Notes: generated from the letters alone by a model not told the origin. DNA of 61,519 nt, filler included, from Coriobacteriales bacterium (GCA_031263105.1; 7 parts of 7 records of this genome joined end to end with filler, not necessarily neighbours in it), one strand, 5' to 3'; positions 38,155 through 47,902 are shown, counted from the first letter of the whole stretch. Translations and numbers: made by a program.

Positions 38155-38626
38155 CAAGGCGCCCGAGAGGGTCATTGCGAAGAACCGCAGGGCGTTCCAC
38201 GACTACCATGTCGAGGAGACCTTCGAGGCCGGCATCGTGCTCACGGGGACCGAGGTGCGCTCGCTCAGGGAGGGGGGCGGCCAGCTGACCGACACCTACG
38301 CCCTCGTCCGCGACGGCGAGCTGTGGCTGCTCGGGCTGCACATCAAGCCCTACAGCCACGGCAACCGCGCCAACGTGGAGCCCGACCGCAGGCGCAAGCT
38401 CCTCATGCACAAAAAGCAGATCCGCTATCTGAAGGAGAAGGTCGCACAGGCGGGCATGGCGCTGGTGCCGCTCTCGCTGTATTTCAGCGACGCAGGCCTG
38501 GCGAAGGTCAAGCTGGGCCTGGCGCGCGGCAAGAAGGACTACGACAAGCGCGCCTCGATGGCCGCCCGCGACAGTCGCCGGGAGGTCGAGCGCGCGCTCA
38601 AGGAGCGCGGCCGCGACGGGCGCTGA
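38126..38626 (+). CDS. smpB: SsrA-binding protein
   Basis: NRRAFHDY, EAGIVLTGTEVRSLR, RKLLMHK, GKKDYDKR. Confidence 0.98.
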   Translation: MARLTSRHDNKAPERVIAKNRRAFHDYHVEETFEAGIVLTGTEVRSLREGGGQLTDTYALVRDGELWLLGLHIKPYSHGNRANVEPDRRRKLLMHKKQIRYLKEKVAQAGMALVPLSLYFSDAGLAKVKLGLARGKKDYDKRASMAARDSRREVERALKERGRDGR

Positions 38627-38663
38627 GGCCGCAACGCCGCCCCGCTCCCTCCCTGTCCCCGCC

Positions 38664-39884
38664 TCAACCGATCCTTGTCGTGTCGGCTGGGTCCATTGAC
38701 ATGCTCTGGAAGCGGTCGGCCATGAACCCGTCGTCGAAGCTGTTGCCGAAGAACTGCTCGATGGGCGTGTGCAGCGGGTAGCCGGACGCCCGCTCGAACC
38801 AACAGTCGAAGGCCATGAGGGTCATCGTGCCGTTGACGAGCATGAGCAGGGTGGAGACCGTGGTCGCGCTGTAGCGTATCTTCCACGGCATGGCGTTCAC
38901 CAGCCGCAGCGTCGAGGGCAAGAGGAACTTGAGCCAGGCGACGCCGAGCACGCCCCAGATCGCCATGAACTCCCCGTTGGTGCGGCCGTCGATCGAAAGC
39001 CACGTCCCCGTGTAGTCCCAGGCGGTTATCCCGAAGGAGAACTGCAGGAACCAGCTCACGACATACTCGAAGGCCCCGCCGATGAGGGCGCTTGCCAAGA
39101 AGACGAGGACGACCGGCCTGTCGTGGAGCCGGCTGAGCCCCAAGGTCATAAGGATGCCGCCGAACCCGTAGATCGGCGAGAACGGGCCGAACAGGAGGCC
39201 GGCCCTGTTCTGGTAGCAGCCGTACTGCCAGAACCAGAACACCGTCTCCAGAAGAAGGCCGATGACGCTGCAGGCCACGAATATCCAGAACAGGTTGAAG
39301 AAGTTGAGGGCGACAGGTCCCGTGCCCGCCGCGCCGTGGCCGTCCCGGCCGCCACGCTCCGACCGGCTCCGCGCCTCCATCGTGCGCAGCCTCCGCTGCA
39401 ACAGGCGCTCCTCGGCGAGCGAGGGGTCTATGTAGCCGGACAGGACGACGAGCACCGCGAGGATGACGAGGTACAGCAGGTCGTCCCTGTTGAGGCCGAA
39501 GAGCATCATGTCGCACAGTGCGGTTGCGACCACCGTCCCGATGAGCGAGTTGACGAGGCGGGCGGCATGGCGGCGCCTGTTCATGAGGAGCCGTATTCCC
39601 AGCAGGAGCGGCGCAACGACGAGCACCGCCCGGCAGACGAGCATGGCGGCGTATATGACCACGGACGTCTTCGACCTCTCGGGACGGAGCCACAGGCGTA
39701 TCTGCTCCAGGGAGGAGGAGAGGTCGAGCGCGGTGAGGATGACGACAGACGAGCCTGCCAGTATGCAGAGCCCCCCGAGCACCTTCAAGGGCAGGGGGAT
39801 GCCCGTATGGTCGAGCGGGTAGTCCCGCTTCTTGCTTCGACGTGCCTTTGGGGGACGTGTCTTTGGGGAGGGCAGGTCTGTCAT
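38664..39884 (-). CDS. putative ABC transporter permease-like membrane protein (CmpB/DUF1113 type)
   Basis: GLLFGPFSPIYGFG, WDY, IDGRT, multiple TM helices. Confidence 0.8.
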   Translation of the reverse strand: MTDLPSPKTRPPKARRSKKRDYPLDHTGIPLPLKVLGGLCILAGSSVVILTALDLSSSLEQIRLWLRPERSKTSVVIYAAMLVCRAVLVVAPLLLGIRLLMNRRRHAARLVNSLIGTVVATALCDMMLFGLNRDDLLYLVILAVLVVLSGYIDPSLAEERLLQRRLRTMEARSRSERGGRDGHGAAGTGPVALNFFNLFWIFVACSVIGLLLETVFWFWQYGCYQNRAGLLFGPFSPIYGFGGILMTLGLSRLHDRPVVLVFLASALIGGAFEYVVSWFLQFSFGITAWDYTGTWLSIDGRTNGEFMAIWGVLGVAWLKFLLPSTLRLVNAMPWKIRYSATTVSTLLMLVNGTMTLMAFDCWFERASGYPLHTPIEQFFGNSFDDGFMADRFQSMSMDPADTTRIG

Positions 39885-40082
39885 CGTCGGTTCCTGGGCC
39901 CAGCTGTTACGGAGCACTGGTGCGCCCAACGTGCCCTTCGGCAGGCAATCGCCTGGAACAAGGGCCTCTGTCATGCCCGTCCCACGATATCATGGCGGAG
40001 GCCCGGAGGGAATCCCTCGCGTCATGGGGCCTCGGCAGGGGTCGAAAGGACGGGAGGAGCGGACGGGACGGCGGAAACGGGG

Positions 40083-41078
40083 CTACGCCCCCACGGGCCC
40101 CAACGGGAGGGCGTCCCCGTCCTCATCCCCCGCACAATCGGCACTTCCCAGCTTCTCGTAGGCGAGCAGGAGCGGCTTGCCGTTGCGGTCGTCGTGCTCG
40201 ATGCGTGCGTCTATCTGGAAGATGGTGCGCAGGTTGGCGTTCGTGACCACCTCGCACGGGTCGCCCTCGGCGACGACGGCCCCCTCCTTCATGCCTATCA
40301 TGTGGTCGGCCACGCGCGCGGCGTTGTTGAGCTCGTGCAGCACCATGACGACGGTGCGCCCCTCCTTTCGGTTCAGCCTCGTCAACAGGTCGAGCACGTC
40401 GAGCTGATGTGCGAGGTCGAGATAGGTGGTCGGCTCGTCGAGCAGGAGGTAGGGGGTTCGCTGACATATCGTCATCGCTATCCATGCACGCTGGCGCTGC
40501 CCGCCCGAGAGCTCCTCCAGCGGCGTGGCGGCGAACTCCGTCAGGGCGCAGGTCGCAAGCGACTCCTCGATGATGCGGTAGTCCTGGGCGTCGAGGTTGC
40601 CGAACCCCGTCTTGTGGGGGAAGCGCCCATAGGCCACCAGCTCCTCGACGGTCAGGCCGCTCGGCGCGACGGGGTTCTGCGGCAGCACCGCCATGCGGTG
40701 CGCCATCGTGCGCGAGGGCGTCCGGTGCACGTCGGCGCCCTCCAGCTCGATGACGCCCTCCTCGGGCCGGAGGATGCGGGCCATCCCTTTGAGCAAGGTG
40801 GACTTCCCGCAGCCGTTCGCCCCGATGATGACCGTGACCCGGTGGGCAGGCACCGTCAGGCTCATGTCGGCGATCACCCGGCACTGCTCGTATCCCAGGC
40901 TGACGTTCCTGAGGACGATGCCGCTTCCGGCCGTGGCCCCGCTTCCGGTCGTGGTTCCGCTGCCGACAACGGTCCCGCCGCCGCCCGCCGCCCCGCCGCC
41001 CGCCCCGCCGTGCAGGCCGTCGCCCTCGGGGTCGTGCCGTCTGCCGTTCCTTGAGCCGCGCAGGCCGTAGTCTCTCAT
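40083..41078 (-). CDS. iron-siderophore ABC transporter ATP-binding protein (FhuC-like)
   Basis: GANGCGKS, LSGGQRQRAW, LLDEPTTYLD, VLHELN. Confidence 0.95.
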   Translation of the reverse strand: MRDYGLRGSRNGRRHDPEGDGLHGGAGGGAAGGGGTVVGSGTTTGSGATAGSGIVLRNVSLGYEQCRVIADMSLTVPAHRVTVIIGANGCGKSTLLKGMARILRPEEGVIELEGADVHRTPSRTMAHRMAVLPQNPVAPSGLTVEELVAYGRFPHKTGFGNLDAQDYRIIEESLATCALTEFAATPLEELSGGQRQRAWIAMTICQRTPYLLLDEPTTYLDLAHQLDVLDLLTRLNRKEGRTVVMVLHELNNAARVADHMIGMKEGAVVAEGDPCEVVTNANLRTIFQIDARIEHDDRNGKPLLLAYEKLGSADCAGDEDGDALPLGPVGA

Positions 41079-41093
41079 CCTCGTTCCTTCGTC

Positions 41094-42149
41094 TTATCGT
41101 TTGAGCAGCAGGTACATGAAGTAGGGCACGCCGATGAGCGAGATCACGATGCCGAGATGGATCTCGATGGGGGCGAAGAGGTTGCGCACGATGATGTCGC
41201 CTGTGACCACCAGCACCATGCCGACGAACAGGGAGACCGGCAGCAGGTACCGGTGCTGGGGACCCACCAAGCGGCGTGCGATGTGGGGTGCGACGAGCCC
41301 CACGAAGGCGATGCTGCCCGCCACGGCGGTCGCGAGCGCGGCAAGGCCCGCCGCTATGGCGATAAGCCCTCTGCGCCGTCGCTCGACGTTCACTCCCAGC
41401 TCCTCGGCGGTCTCGTCCCCCAGCGTGTAGACGTCGAGGTAACGCGACTGGTAGATCGCAAGGCCGACGAGCAGGAGCAGCGCCGGCCCCACCGCGAGGA
41501 CATAGCTCTGGTTCGCGCCCCAGATGCTCCCCATCGTCCACATGAGGACGCGGTTGAAGTCCTTGACGTCGAAGCTTATCTGCAACATGACGATGAGCGC
41601 CGCGAACGCCGCGTTGACCGCTATCCCCATCAGCAAAAGGCGGGTGGGCTTCATGCCGCGCCGCCAGGCGAGCGTGTAGATGAGCAGCGCCGCGACAAGC
41701 CCGCCCGCGAGCGCGATGAGCGGCATGGTGAAGATGGTGAGCGTGGGGACGCTGTAGTAGTTGCCGCCGTTGGTGAGGTAGATGTAGACGACCACGAAGA
41801 GCGCGGCCCCGCTGCTGATCCCCAGGATGCCGGGGTCGGCGAGGTCGTTGCGGGTCACGCTCTGCAGGATGGCGCCCGACACCGCCAGCGCGCCTCCCAC
41901 CAGCAGGGCGATGAGTATGCGGGGGACGCGTATCGTGTACAGCGCGATCTCCTGCTGGCGGCTGCCCGTTCCGGCGAGCGTGCCGAGGAGGTCGGGCAGG
42001 GTCATGCCGAAGGTGCCGACCGTCATGCTCAGGGTGACGGCCCCGAGTAGGACGACGAGAAGGGCGCCCGCCACCAGCAGGAAGCGCCTGAAGCGACGCC
42101 TGCGCCCGATGTCGCGCCCCGTGTCGCCCGCTGTCCTCCCCTCGCTCAT
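41094..42149 (-). CDS. FecCD family iron ABC permease
   Basis: RVPR, RNDLADPGILG, LGDETAEELG, FVGLVAPH. Confidence 0.93.
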   Translation of the reverse strand: MSEGRTAGDTGRDIGRRRRFRRFLLVAGALLVVLLGAVTLSMTVGTFGMTLPDLLGTLAGTGSRQQEIALYTIRVPRILIALLVGGALAVSGAILQSVTRNDLADPGILGISSGAALFVVVYIYLTNGGNYYSVPTLTIFTMPLIALAGGLVAALLIYTLAWRRGMKPTRLLLMGIAVNAAFAALIVMLQISFDVKDFNRVLMWTMGSIWGANQSYVLAVGPALLLLVGLAIYQSRYLDVYTLGDETAEELGVNVERRRRGLIAIAAGLAALATAVAGSIAFVGLVAPHIARRLVGPQHRYLLPVSLFVGMVLVVTGDIIVRNLFAPIEIHLGIVISLIGVPYFMYLLLKR

Positions 42150-43246
42150 GCGCGGCGCTCCCTGCGGACCAGGTAGATGAGGACGGGCACGCCGAGAAGC
42201 GAGGTGATGGTGCCGATGGGCACTTCGAAGGGGCTGTTGAGCAGGCGTGCCAGCGTGTCGCTGTAGCTCAGCAGCACGGCGCCCGCGACGATGCAGAAGG
42301 GGACGATGCGGCGGTAGTCGCCGCCCACGAGCAGGCGGGCGATGTGCGGCACGATGAGGCAGACGAAGCCGATGTTGCCTGCGAGGGCCGCAGCGGTGCC
42401 GCTGAGGAGCACGACGCAGGCGAGCGAGCCGAAGCGTATGAGCGCGGGGCGCTGCCCCAGCCCTATCGCGGCCTCGTCCCCCAGGTTGAGCACGTTGATG
42501 CGCGGCGAGAGGAGGACTGCCGCCGGGAGCGTCACAGAGAGGACGAGCAGCACGGCAAGCGCCTCCCAGCCCGTCCCCGAGAGCCCTCCGGCCATCCAGA
42601 CCGTGAGGTTCTTCGTGTTGTTCGTGAGCAGTGCGATGAGCGACGAGAGCGCGCTGAACAGCATCCCCAACGCGGTTCCTGCCAGAAGGAGGCGCGTGAT
42701 ATCGACCCCTGTCCGCCTCATGCTGAACAGGAACACGAGAATGGCGGCAAGCGATGCCCCTGCGAATGCGAAGAGCACCTTGCCGGTGAGCGTCCCCCAC
42801 ATGAGGTCCGCCGCCTGCCCGCCTGCGAACCAGCCGCCGGCCTGTGCGGCAGTGAACACCGCCACGGCCAGCACGGCCCCTTGGTTCACCCCCATGATGG
42901 AGGGCGAGGCGATGGGGTTGTGGGTGATGCCCTGCATGAGGGCCCCCGAGACCGAGAGGAAGGCCCCTATGAACAGGGCCGAGAGGGCCCTGGGCAGACG
43001 GGTGTCCCAGATGATGAGCTGCTCGGTCGTCGTCTTGTCGGCGCCGAACACGCCTATGAGGACGTCGGACAGGGCGATGTCGCGTGCGCCCAAGCACACC
43101 GAGAGCACGACGCCGACGACGGCAAGCAGCACGCCCAGCGCCATGAACAGGGCGAACAGGGGCCTCGTCAGGCGACCGGAGGGCGCACTTGCCCCCCGGT
43201 CGGCCCGGCCCCGCACGTGGCCCTGACGGGCAGCTGCCGCCCGCAC
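42146..43246 (-). CDS. FecCD family iron ABC permease
   Basis: RLPR, HNPIASPSIMG, LGDEAAIGLG, EVPIG; start approximate. Confidence 0.92.
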   Translation of the reverse strand: MRAAAARQGHVRGRADRGASAPSGRLTRPLFALFMALGVLLAVVGVVLSVCLGARDIALSDVLIGVFGADKTTTEQLIIWDTRLPRALSALFIGAFLSVSGALMQGITHNPIASPSIMGVNQGAVLAVAVFTAAQAGGWFAGGQAADLMWGTLTGKVLFAFAGASLAAILVFLFSMRRTGVDITRLLLAGTALGMLFSALSSLIALLTNNTKNLTVWMAGGLSGTGWEALAVLLVLSVTLPAAVLLSPRINVLNLGDEAAIGLGQRPALIRFGSLACVVLLSGTAAALAGNIGFVCLIVPHIARLLVGGDYRRIVPFCIVAGAVLLSYSDTLARLLNSPFEVPIGTITSLLGVPVLIYLVRRERRA

Positions 43247-43274
43247 GTCCCCGATGCCCCTGTCCCCGATGCCC

Positions 43275-44390
43275 CTATTTGACGAGCAGGGCCTCGAGTT
43301 CGTCGAGGAGCTGTATGCGCCCGTAGGTGCTGTAGGCCTCGTTGAAGTAGGGCGACTGTGCGAGCCAGACGACGTTTCCGGCCGCGACCGCCTCGATGCT
43401 GTTCCAGGCGGCGCTCGCCTCAAGGACGGCCCTGTCGTCATCCGACGCGAGCACTACGAGGTGATCCGCCGTTATCTCCGTCAGCCCCTCAAGTGAGGCG
43501 GTGGGCAGCGTGATGCTGTCCTGCTCGGGCAGGTTCGCGGGCACCTTCAGGCCGAGGTCGTTGTAGAAGATGTCGCCGTAGGCGGCGCCGGTGAAGAGGT
43601 AGTAGGAGGTGCCGCCGGTCAGGAACGCGAAGTACGTGGCGTCCTCGCCGTTGGCGGCACGGATGGCCTGGCCGACCTCCTCGGCGCACGCGTCGTAGTC
43701 GCCGATCCAGGCCTCGGCGGTAGAGGCGGCCTCCTCGTCGAACAGGGCCGCGACCATGCGCATGTCGCCGCGCCAGTCGTTGACGTTCGGCTCGATGATG
43801 ATGGTGGTCGCTATGGCGGCAAGCTGGTCGTAGGCCTTCTCCTGACGCGGGTTGATGATGATGAGGTCGGGCTCGACCGAAAGCACGGCCTCGATGTCTA
43901 CCGTGTCCGCCATGGGATAGCCGATGATCACCGCGCCCTGGAGCAGGTCCTCAAGGTAGCTGGGGAACTTCGTGTAGTCGTAGGCGTCCGAGTCCGAGGT
44001 CGCGACCGGCTTGTGCCCCAGTATGGCGAGGATGTCGCTGATGCCCGAGGCGTCGGCGATGCGCTGGGGGTCGGCGGGTATCTCGACCTGTCCACGCAGG
44101 GTCTCGACGAGACGGGTCTCCTCCCCGGTGCCCGCCGCTGTGCCCTCGTCCGCCTCGTCCGCGCTGCTCTGGCCGTCGTCGGCCTCCGTGGCCTCTGCGC
44201 CCCCGCCGCTGGCCCCGCCCCCGCCGTCGGCAGCGGGCTGCTCCGCCGGGCTCGAACAGCCGCCCGCCACAAGCAGGGCGCAGGCCATGAGCGCTGCCAG
44301 CATGAGGCTCAGCGCCGCTTTAAGCGCCCGGGACGGGGCGGCCCTGCGGACGGTTCCCGCTGCAGGGCGTTCCGATAGAGCTGTCATGGT
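43275..44390 (-). CDS. iron-siderophore ABC substrate-binding lipoprotein
   Basis: Lipobox-like AGGC, IPADPQRI, EAVLSVEPDLII, WNSIEAV; start uncertain. Confidence 0.9.
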   Translation of the reverse strand, partial: TMTALSERPAAGTVRRAAPSRALKAALSLMLAALMACALLVAGGCSSPAEQPAADGGGGASGGGAEATEADDGQSSADEADEGTAAGTGEETRLVETLRGQVEIPADPQRIADASGISDILAILGHKPVATSDSDAYDYTKFPSYLEDLLQGAVIIGYPMADTVDIEAVLSVEPDLIIINPRQEKAYDQLAAIATTIIIEPNVNDWRGDMRMVAALFDEEAASTAEAWIGDYDACAEEVGQAIRAANGEDATYFAFLTGGTSYYLFTGAAYGDIFYNDLGLKVPANLPEQDSITLPTASLEGLTEITADHLVVLASDDDRAVLEASAAWNSIEAVAAGNVVWLAQSPYFNEAYSTYGRIQLLDELEALLVK

Positions 44391-44422
44391 GTCTCTCTTT
44401 CCCTCTGTAGGTACCATTGGTC

Positions 44423-44438
44423 GTTAGATATTTCTAAC
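44423..44438. promoter_or_regulatory. candidate metal-repressor (DtxR/MntR-type) operator
   Basis: Palindrome GTTAGA-TATT-TCTAAC directly upstream of the iron ABC operon. Confidence 0.55.
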
Positions 44439-44478
44439 TTTCCGTATGGTAGTGGAGAGGGCCCGACGTGTCAAGGGA

Positions 44479-44570
44479 GCGGGACGTCGAGGACGCCGTC
44501 CCCTACGGATGCGGCTATACCGTCACGCCCCCTGTCACCCCCGTAGGGGACGGCGTCCTCGACGTCCCGC
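44479..44570. repeat. GTAG-type REP doublet (REPIN-like)
   Basis: Perfect 30-bp inverted repeat at 44479-44508 / 44541-44570 containing GTAGGGGACGGCGTCCTCGACGTCCCG. Confidence 0.85.
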
Positions 44571-44625
44571 CGTTCTGCCCCACCGGCAAAGTCCTTCGGC
44601 AAGGTCCTTCTGACCGGCTTTTCCT

Positions 44626-44776
44626 TCACGCCCCCACTGTCATTCCGAGCTCCGCGAGGAATCTTTGGACACGCAGTGTCCAACGGCAGGTCAGGGGGCC
44701 CTTCGACCTGCGGTCGACCTCTGGCGCGGTCGAGGATCCCTCGACAGGCTCGGGATGGCAGTGGGGTGTCAGTAAC
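44626..44776. mobile_element. MITE-like element copy E10
   Basis: Standard core; right end GGTGTCAGTAAC; direct repeat ACCGGCTTTTCCTTCA at 44613-44628 and 44775-44790. Confidence 0.88.
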
Positions 44777-45344
44777 CGGCTTTTCCTTCAACAATGATTT
44801 CTGTCCTTGTTGTAATCTCCTCGTTAACAAGGTCAATGATTTGCCTGAAGAACGGCTCAGGGTTGTCGCGTACCTGCCATTGCCTGAGCGCATCGAGATA
44901 GTGATGCTGCCTGTCGTTCCTCGGCGATATGGGCGGATACCCGCTTTTTATAAGCATGAAGTTCAGGAGGTTTCTTCCCGTCCGTCCGTTTCCGTCCATG
45001 AAGGGATGGATGTTCTCGAACAGCACATGAAAAGCCGTCGCCTTCCATATCGGATGCAAAAGAGAGCCATTGTACGCGTACACCAGATCCGCCATGCATT
45101 CACGAGCTGTCACTGCGCTGGGAGGAACGGTATCCGAACCCCTGATGTACACAGGCGTGTTTCGATAGACGCCCCGAACGCGGCCTTCAAGGTCCTGCGT
45201 TGTTATTTCGTGGACATCCTCGATGGAGTCTTCTGTAAGCTCGCCTTCCCGCGCAACTCTTTTTATGACGAACTCGATGGCTCCAGCCTCGTTTTGGTAG
45301 AAACCCTCCGGCTCAATCTCACCGGAATTGACCAACTCCAACAC
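44769..45344 (-). CDS. Fic domain protein (short; stop codon supplied by E10)
   Basis: HPFMDGNGRTGR canonical Fic motif. Confidence 0.85.
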   Translation of the reverse strand: MLELVNSGEIEPEGFYQNEAGAIEFVIKRVAREGELTEDSIEDVHEITTQDLEGRVRGVYRNTPVYIRGSDTVPPSAVTARECMADLVYAYNGSLLHPIWKATAFHVLFENIHPFMDGNGRTGRNLLNFMLIKSGYPPISPRNDRQHHYLDALRQWQVRDNPEPFFRQIIDLVNEEITTRTEIIVEGKAGY

Positions 45345-45472
45345 GGTTCTCTCTGTCCCATCCGTTCCTATGCTTCGAGCCGGAGCGTGTATAATAGGCG
45401 ACAGAAGTCACCGTTGAGTGGTGCCGCGCGGCGATCGGCTTCGCTGCATTATGGGGAATTGGGAACACCGTT

Positions 45473-46315
45473 ATGGACAAAGGCGAAATCATACTCTATA
45501 GGCCGCAGGACGACGATGTGGCAATCGACGTTCTCGTCGAGGGCGAGACCGTCTGGCTCACGCAGGCGCAGATGGCGGAACTGTTTGGAACCGCAAAATC
45601 CAATGTCAGTATGCACATAACAAATGCATTCAAAGAAGGTGAGCTTGCGAAAGACAGCGCGATCAAGAAATTCAGGATTTCTGAATTTAATAAGAAGCCC
45701 ACAAACTTCTACAATCTCGACGTGATTATCTCCGTAGGCTACCGCATCAAGTCGCAGCGTGGCGTTCAGTTCAGGCGTTGGGCAACACAGGTGTTAAAGG
45801 AATACATTCTGCGTGGCTACGCGGTCAACCATCGTATCGAGCGTTTGGAATACCAGATGACCGAAACAGTGAACCGCGTCACCGAAACGGAGAGGCGGAT
45901 TGAATTCTTCGTCAAGACCGCCCTACCACCAGTTGAGGGCATCTTCTACAACGGGCAAATCTTCGACGCATACGCTTTTGCGTCCGACCGCATCCGAGAG
46001 GCGAAGAAAAGAATCGTCCTGCTCGACAATTACGTTGACGACCGGGTGCTGACGCTCCTGTCAAAGCGCAAGGCAAGGGTGAGTGCGGAGATTTACACGA
46101 GAAAGATTTCTGAGCAGTTGCAGCAGGACTTAACGAAGCACAACGCGCAGTATGCGCCGATTACCATCAAGACAACGAGCAAGATACACGACCGCTTCCT
46201 GATAATCGACAATACCGTCTATCACATTGGAGCATCGCTCAAAGACTTGGCCTTGCGGATGTTCGCATTCTCCAAGATGGAGATAAAACCAGCCGAGCTC
46301 TTGAAGCACGTCTAA
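45473..46315 (+). CDS. RhuM family DNA-binding protein with a C-terminal PLD-like domain
   Basis: ETVWLTQAQMAELF, YNLDVIISVGYR, FRRWAT; HDRFLIID...YHIGASLKD. Confidence 0.88.
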   Translation: MDKGEIILYRPQDDDVAIDVLVEGETVWLTQAQMAELFGTAKSNVSMHITNAFKEGELAKDSAIKKFRISEFNKKPTNFYNLDVIISVGYRIKSQRGVQFRRWATQVLKEYILRGYAVNHRIERLEYQMTETVNRVTETERRIEFFVKTALPPVEGIFYNGQIFDAYAFASDRIREAKKRIVLLDNYVDDRVLTLLSKRKARVSAEIYTRKISEQLQQDLTKHNAQYAPITIKTTSKIHDRFLIIDNTVYHIGASLKDLALRMFAFSKMEIKPAELLKHV

Positions 46316-46339
46316 CCCACTGAATCCATGAATCCCCTC

Positions 46340-46439
46340 NNNNNNNNNNNNNNNNNNNNNNNNNNNNNNNNNNNNNNNNNNNNTTAATTAATTAANNNNN
46401 NNNNNNNNNNNNNNNNNNNNNNNNNNNNNNNNNNNNNNN
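46340..46439. other. artificial contig spacer
   Basis: N/TTAATTAATTAA/N. Confidence 0.99.
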
Positions 46440-46670
46440 TCCCGAGCCCCCACTGTCATCCCGAGCCCCCACTGTCATTCCGAGCCCCACTGTCATTCCG
46501 AGCCCCACTGTCATTCCGAGCCCCACTGTCATTCCGAGCCTGTCGAGGAATCCTCGACCGCGCCAGCGGTCGACCGCAGGTCGAGGGGCCCCCCGACCTG
46601 CCGTTGGACACTGCGTGTCCAAAGATTCCTCGGCGGGGCGCGGAATGACAGTGGGGGTGTGACGTGTAAC
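46440..46670. mobile_element. MITE-like element copy E11 with at least five tandem arm units
   Basis: 18-19-bp CCCCACTGTCATTCCGAG units; ends GGTGTGACGTGTAAC. Confidence 0.88.
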
Positions 46671-46801
46671 AGAGGCAGGCCACGACAAGCAGGCCCCGAC
46701 CTCGATTTCTTGACTATGCTGAGAATATGAGATATCTTACAAGAAAGAAAAAATAAGAGAAGATGAGAGAAAGAAAGAGAAGGAGAGAGAAAGGGTGAGT
46801 A

Positions 46802-47902
46802 GTGGGCGGTGTCAACACGTTCCTGCCGACATTTGGAAACCGCCCCGACCATATCGTCGGTCGAGACGACGTTATCTCAGATTTCTTGGACGGCCTCTCG
46901 CAGCCCATTGGCCATCCGAATAGAACCTCTATCCTCATCGGCCAAAGAGGAACGGGGAAGACTGCGCTTCTATTGGAGTTCGCGGATCTTGCCTCGCAGA
47001 GGGATTGCGTCGTCGCCCGTGTGACCGCCAACCGTTTGATGCTGAATGAGATAATCCAAATCATTCAAATCGAGGGCGCAAAATATGCCGCCGAGAGGCA
47101 ATTCCCCCTCAAAGGCCTCTCCGCTGGGGCTTTCGGGTTTTCCGTTGGGTTGACCTTCACGGAGGAGACAAAGAAAAACTACGGCTTCCGGGTCAAGCTG
47201 TCCCTGCTTTGCGATGAGCTGGCCAAGCAAAACAAAAAAGTGCTGATCCTTGTTGATGAGGTACAGCCGAACTCTGAGGAGATGCGTGATCTGGCGACTA
47301 CCTATCAGCACCTCATCGGCGAGAAGAAAGATATCGTCATTGCCATGGCGGGACTGCCTGATTCCATCTCCAATGTACTGAATGACAACATCCTTACCTT
47401 TCTGAACCGTGCGCATAAAGTATATCTCGGCCCGTTGCCGCTAGGAGAGATCAGCCTTTACTATGCTGAAGTCTTCACCCGATTCGGAAAAGCCATCGAT
47501 TCGCAAGCCCTTGCGGCTGCCGTCAAAGCCACTCGGGGCTATCCCTATCTTCTACAGTTGATGGGCTACTACCTGCTCGGATATTCCAAGGGGTCAGACA
47601 CCATCTCGATGACGGATGTCGAGCGGGCAACGGCCAGTTCCAGGCAGGAGATGATTGACAGCGTCTTCAACACCGTACTCAAGCCGCTTTCGACAAAAGA
47701 CAAGGAGTTCCTTAACGCCCTGTCCAAGGATGGTGTGACGGGCAGGATGTCCGACATCGCCCAGCGGATGAAGGTCAGCCAGCCCTATGCCCAGAAGTAC
47801 CGCAGACGGCTGATTGCCGCTGGAGTGATAAGCGCAAGCAGCCGAGGAGAGGTAAGCCTCACAATCCCCTATCTGGGAGAATACCTGCGAGGCGATTTCT
47901 AA
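46802..47902 (+). CDS. AAA-type ATPase with a C-terminal winged helix
   Basis: GQRGTGKT, LVDEVQ, TRGYPYLLQL, YRRRLIAAGVI. Confidence 0.88.
   Translation: MGGVNTFLPTFGNRPDHIVGRDDVISDFLDGLSQPIGHPNRTSILIGQRGTGKTALLLEFADLASQRDCVVARVTANRLMLNEIIQIIQIEGAKYAAERQFPLKGLSAGAFGFSVGLTFTEETKKNYGFRVKLSLLCDELAKQNKKVLILVDEVQPNSEEMRDLATTYQHLIGEKKDIVIAMAGLPDSISNVLNDNILTFLNRAHKVYLGPLPLGEISLYYAEVFTRFGKAIDSQALAAAVKATRGYPYLLQLMGYYLLGYSKGSDTISMTDVERATASSRQEMIDSVFNTVLKPLSTKDKEFLNALSKDGVTGRMSDIAQRMKVSQPYAQKYRRRLIAAGVISASSRGEVSLTIPYLGEYLRGDF

Noticed and set aside
38627..38700. tmRNA (ssrA) next to smpB
   Set aside because: No GGGG...CCACCA tRNA-like ends or room for the gene; a convergent CDS stops at 38664.
40920..41060. 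Gly/Thr-rich N-terminal extension of the ABC ATPase
   Set aside because: Low-complexity linker or start-site uncertainty, common in the genes of this window; not evidence of a new domain.
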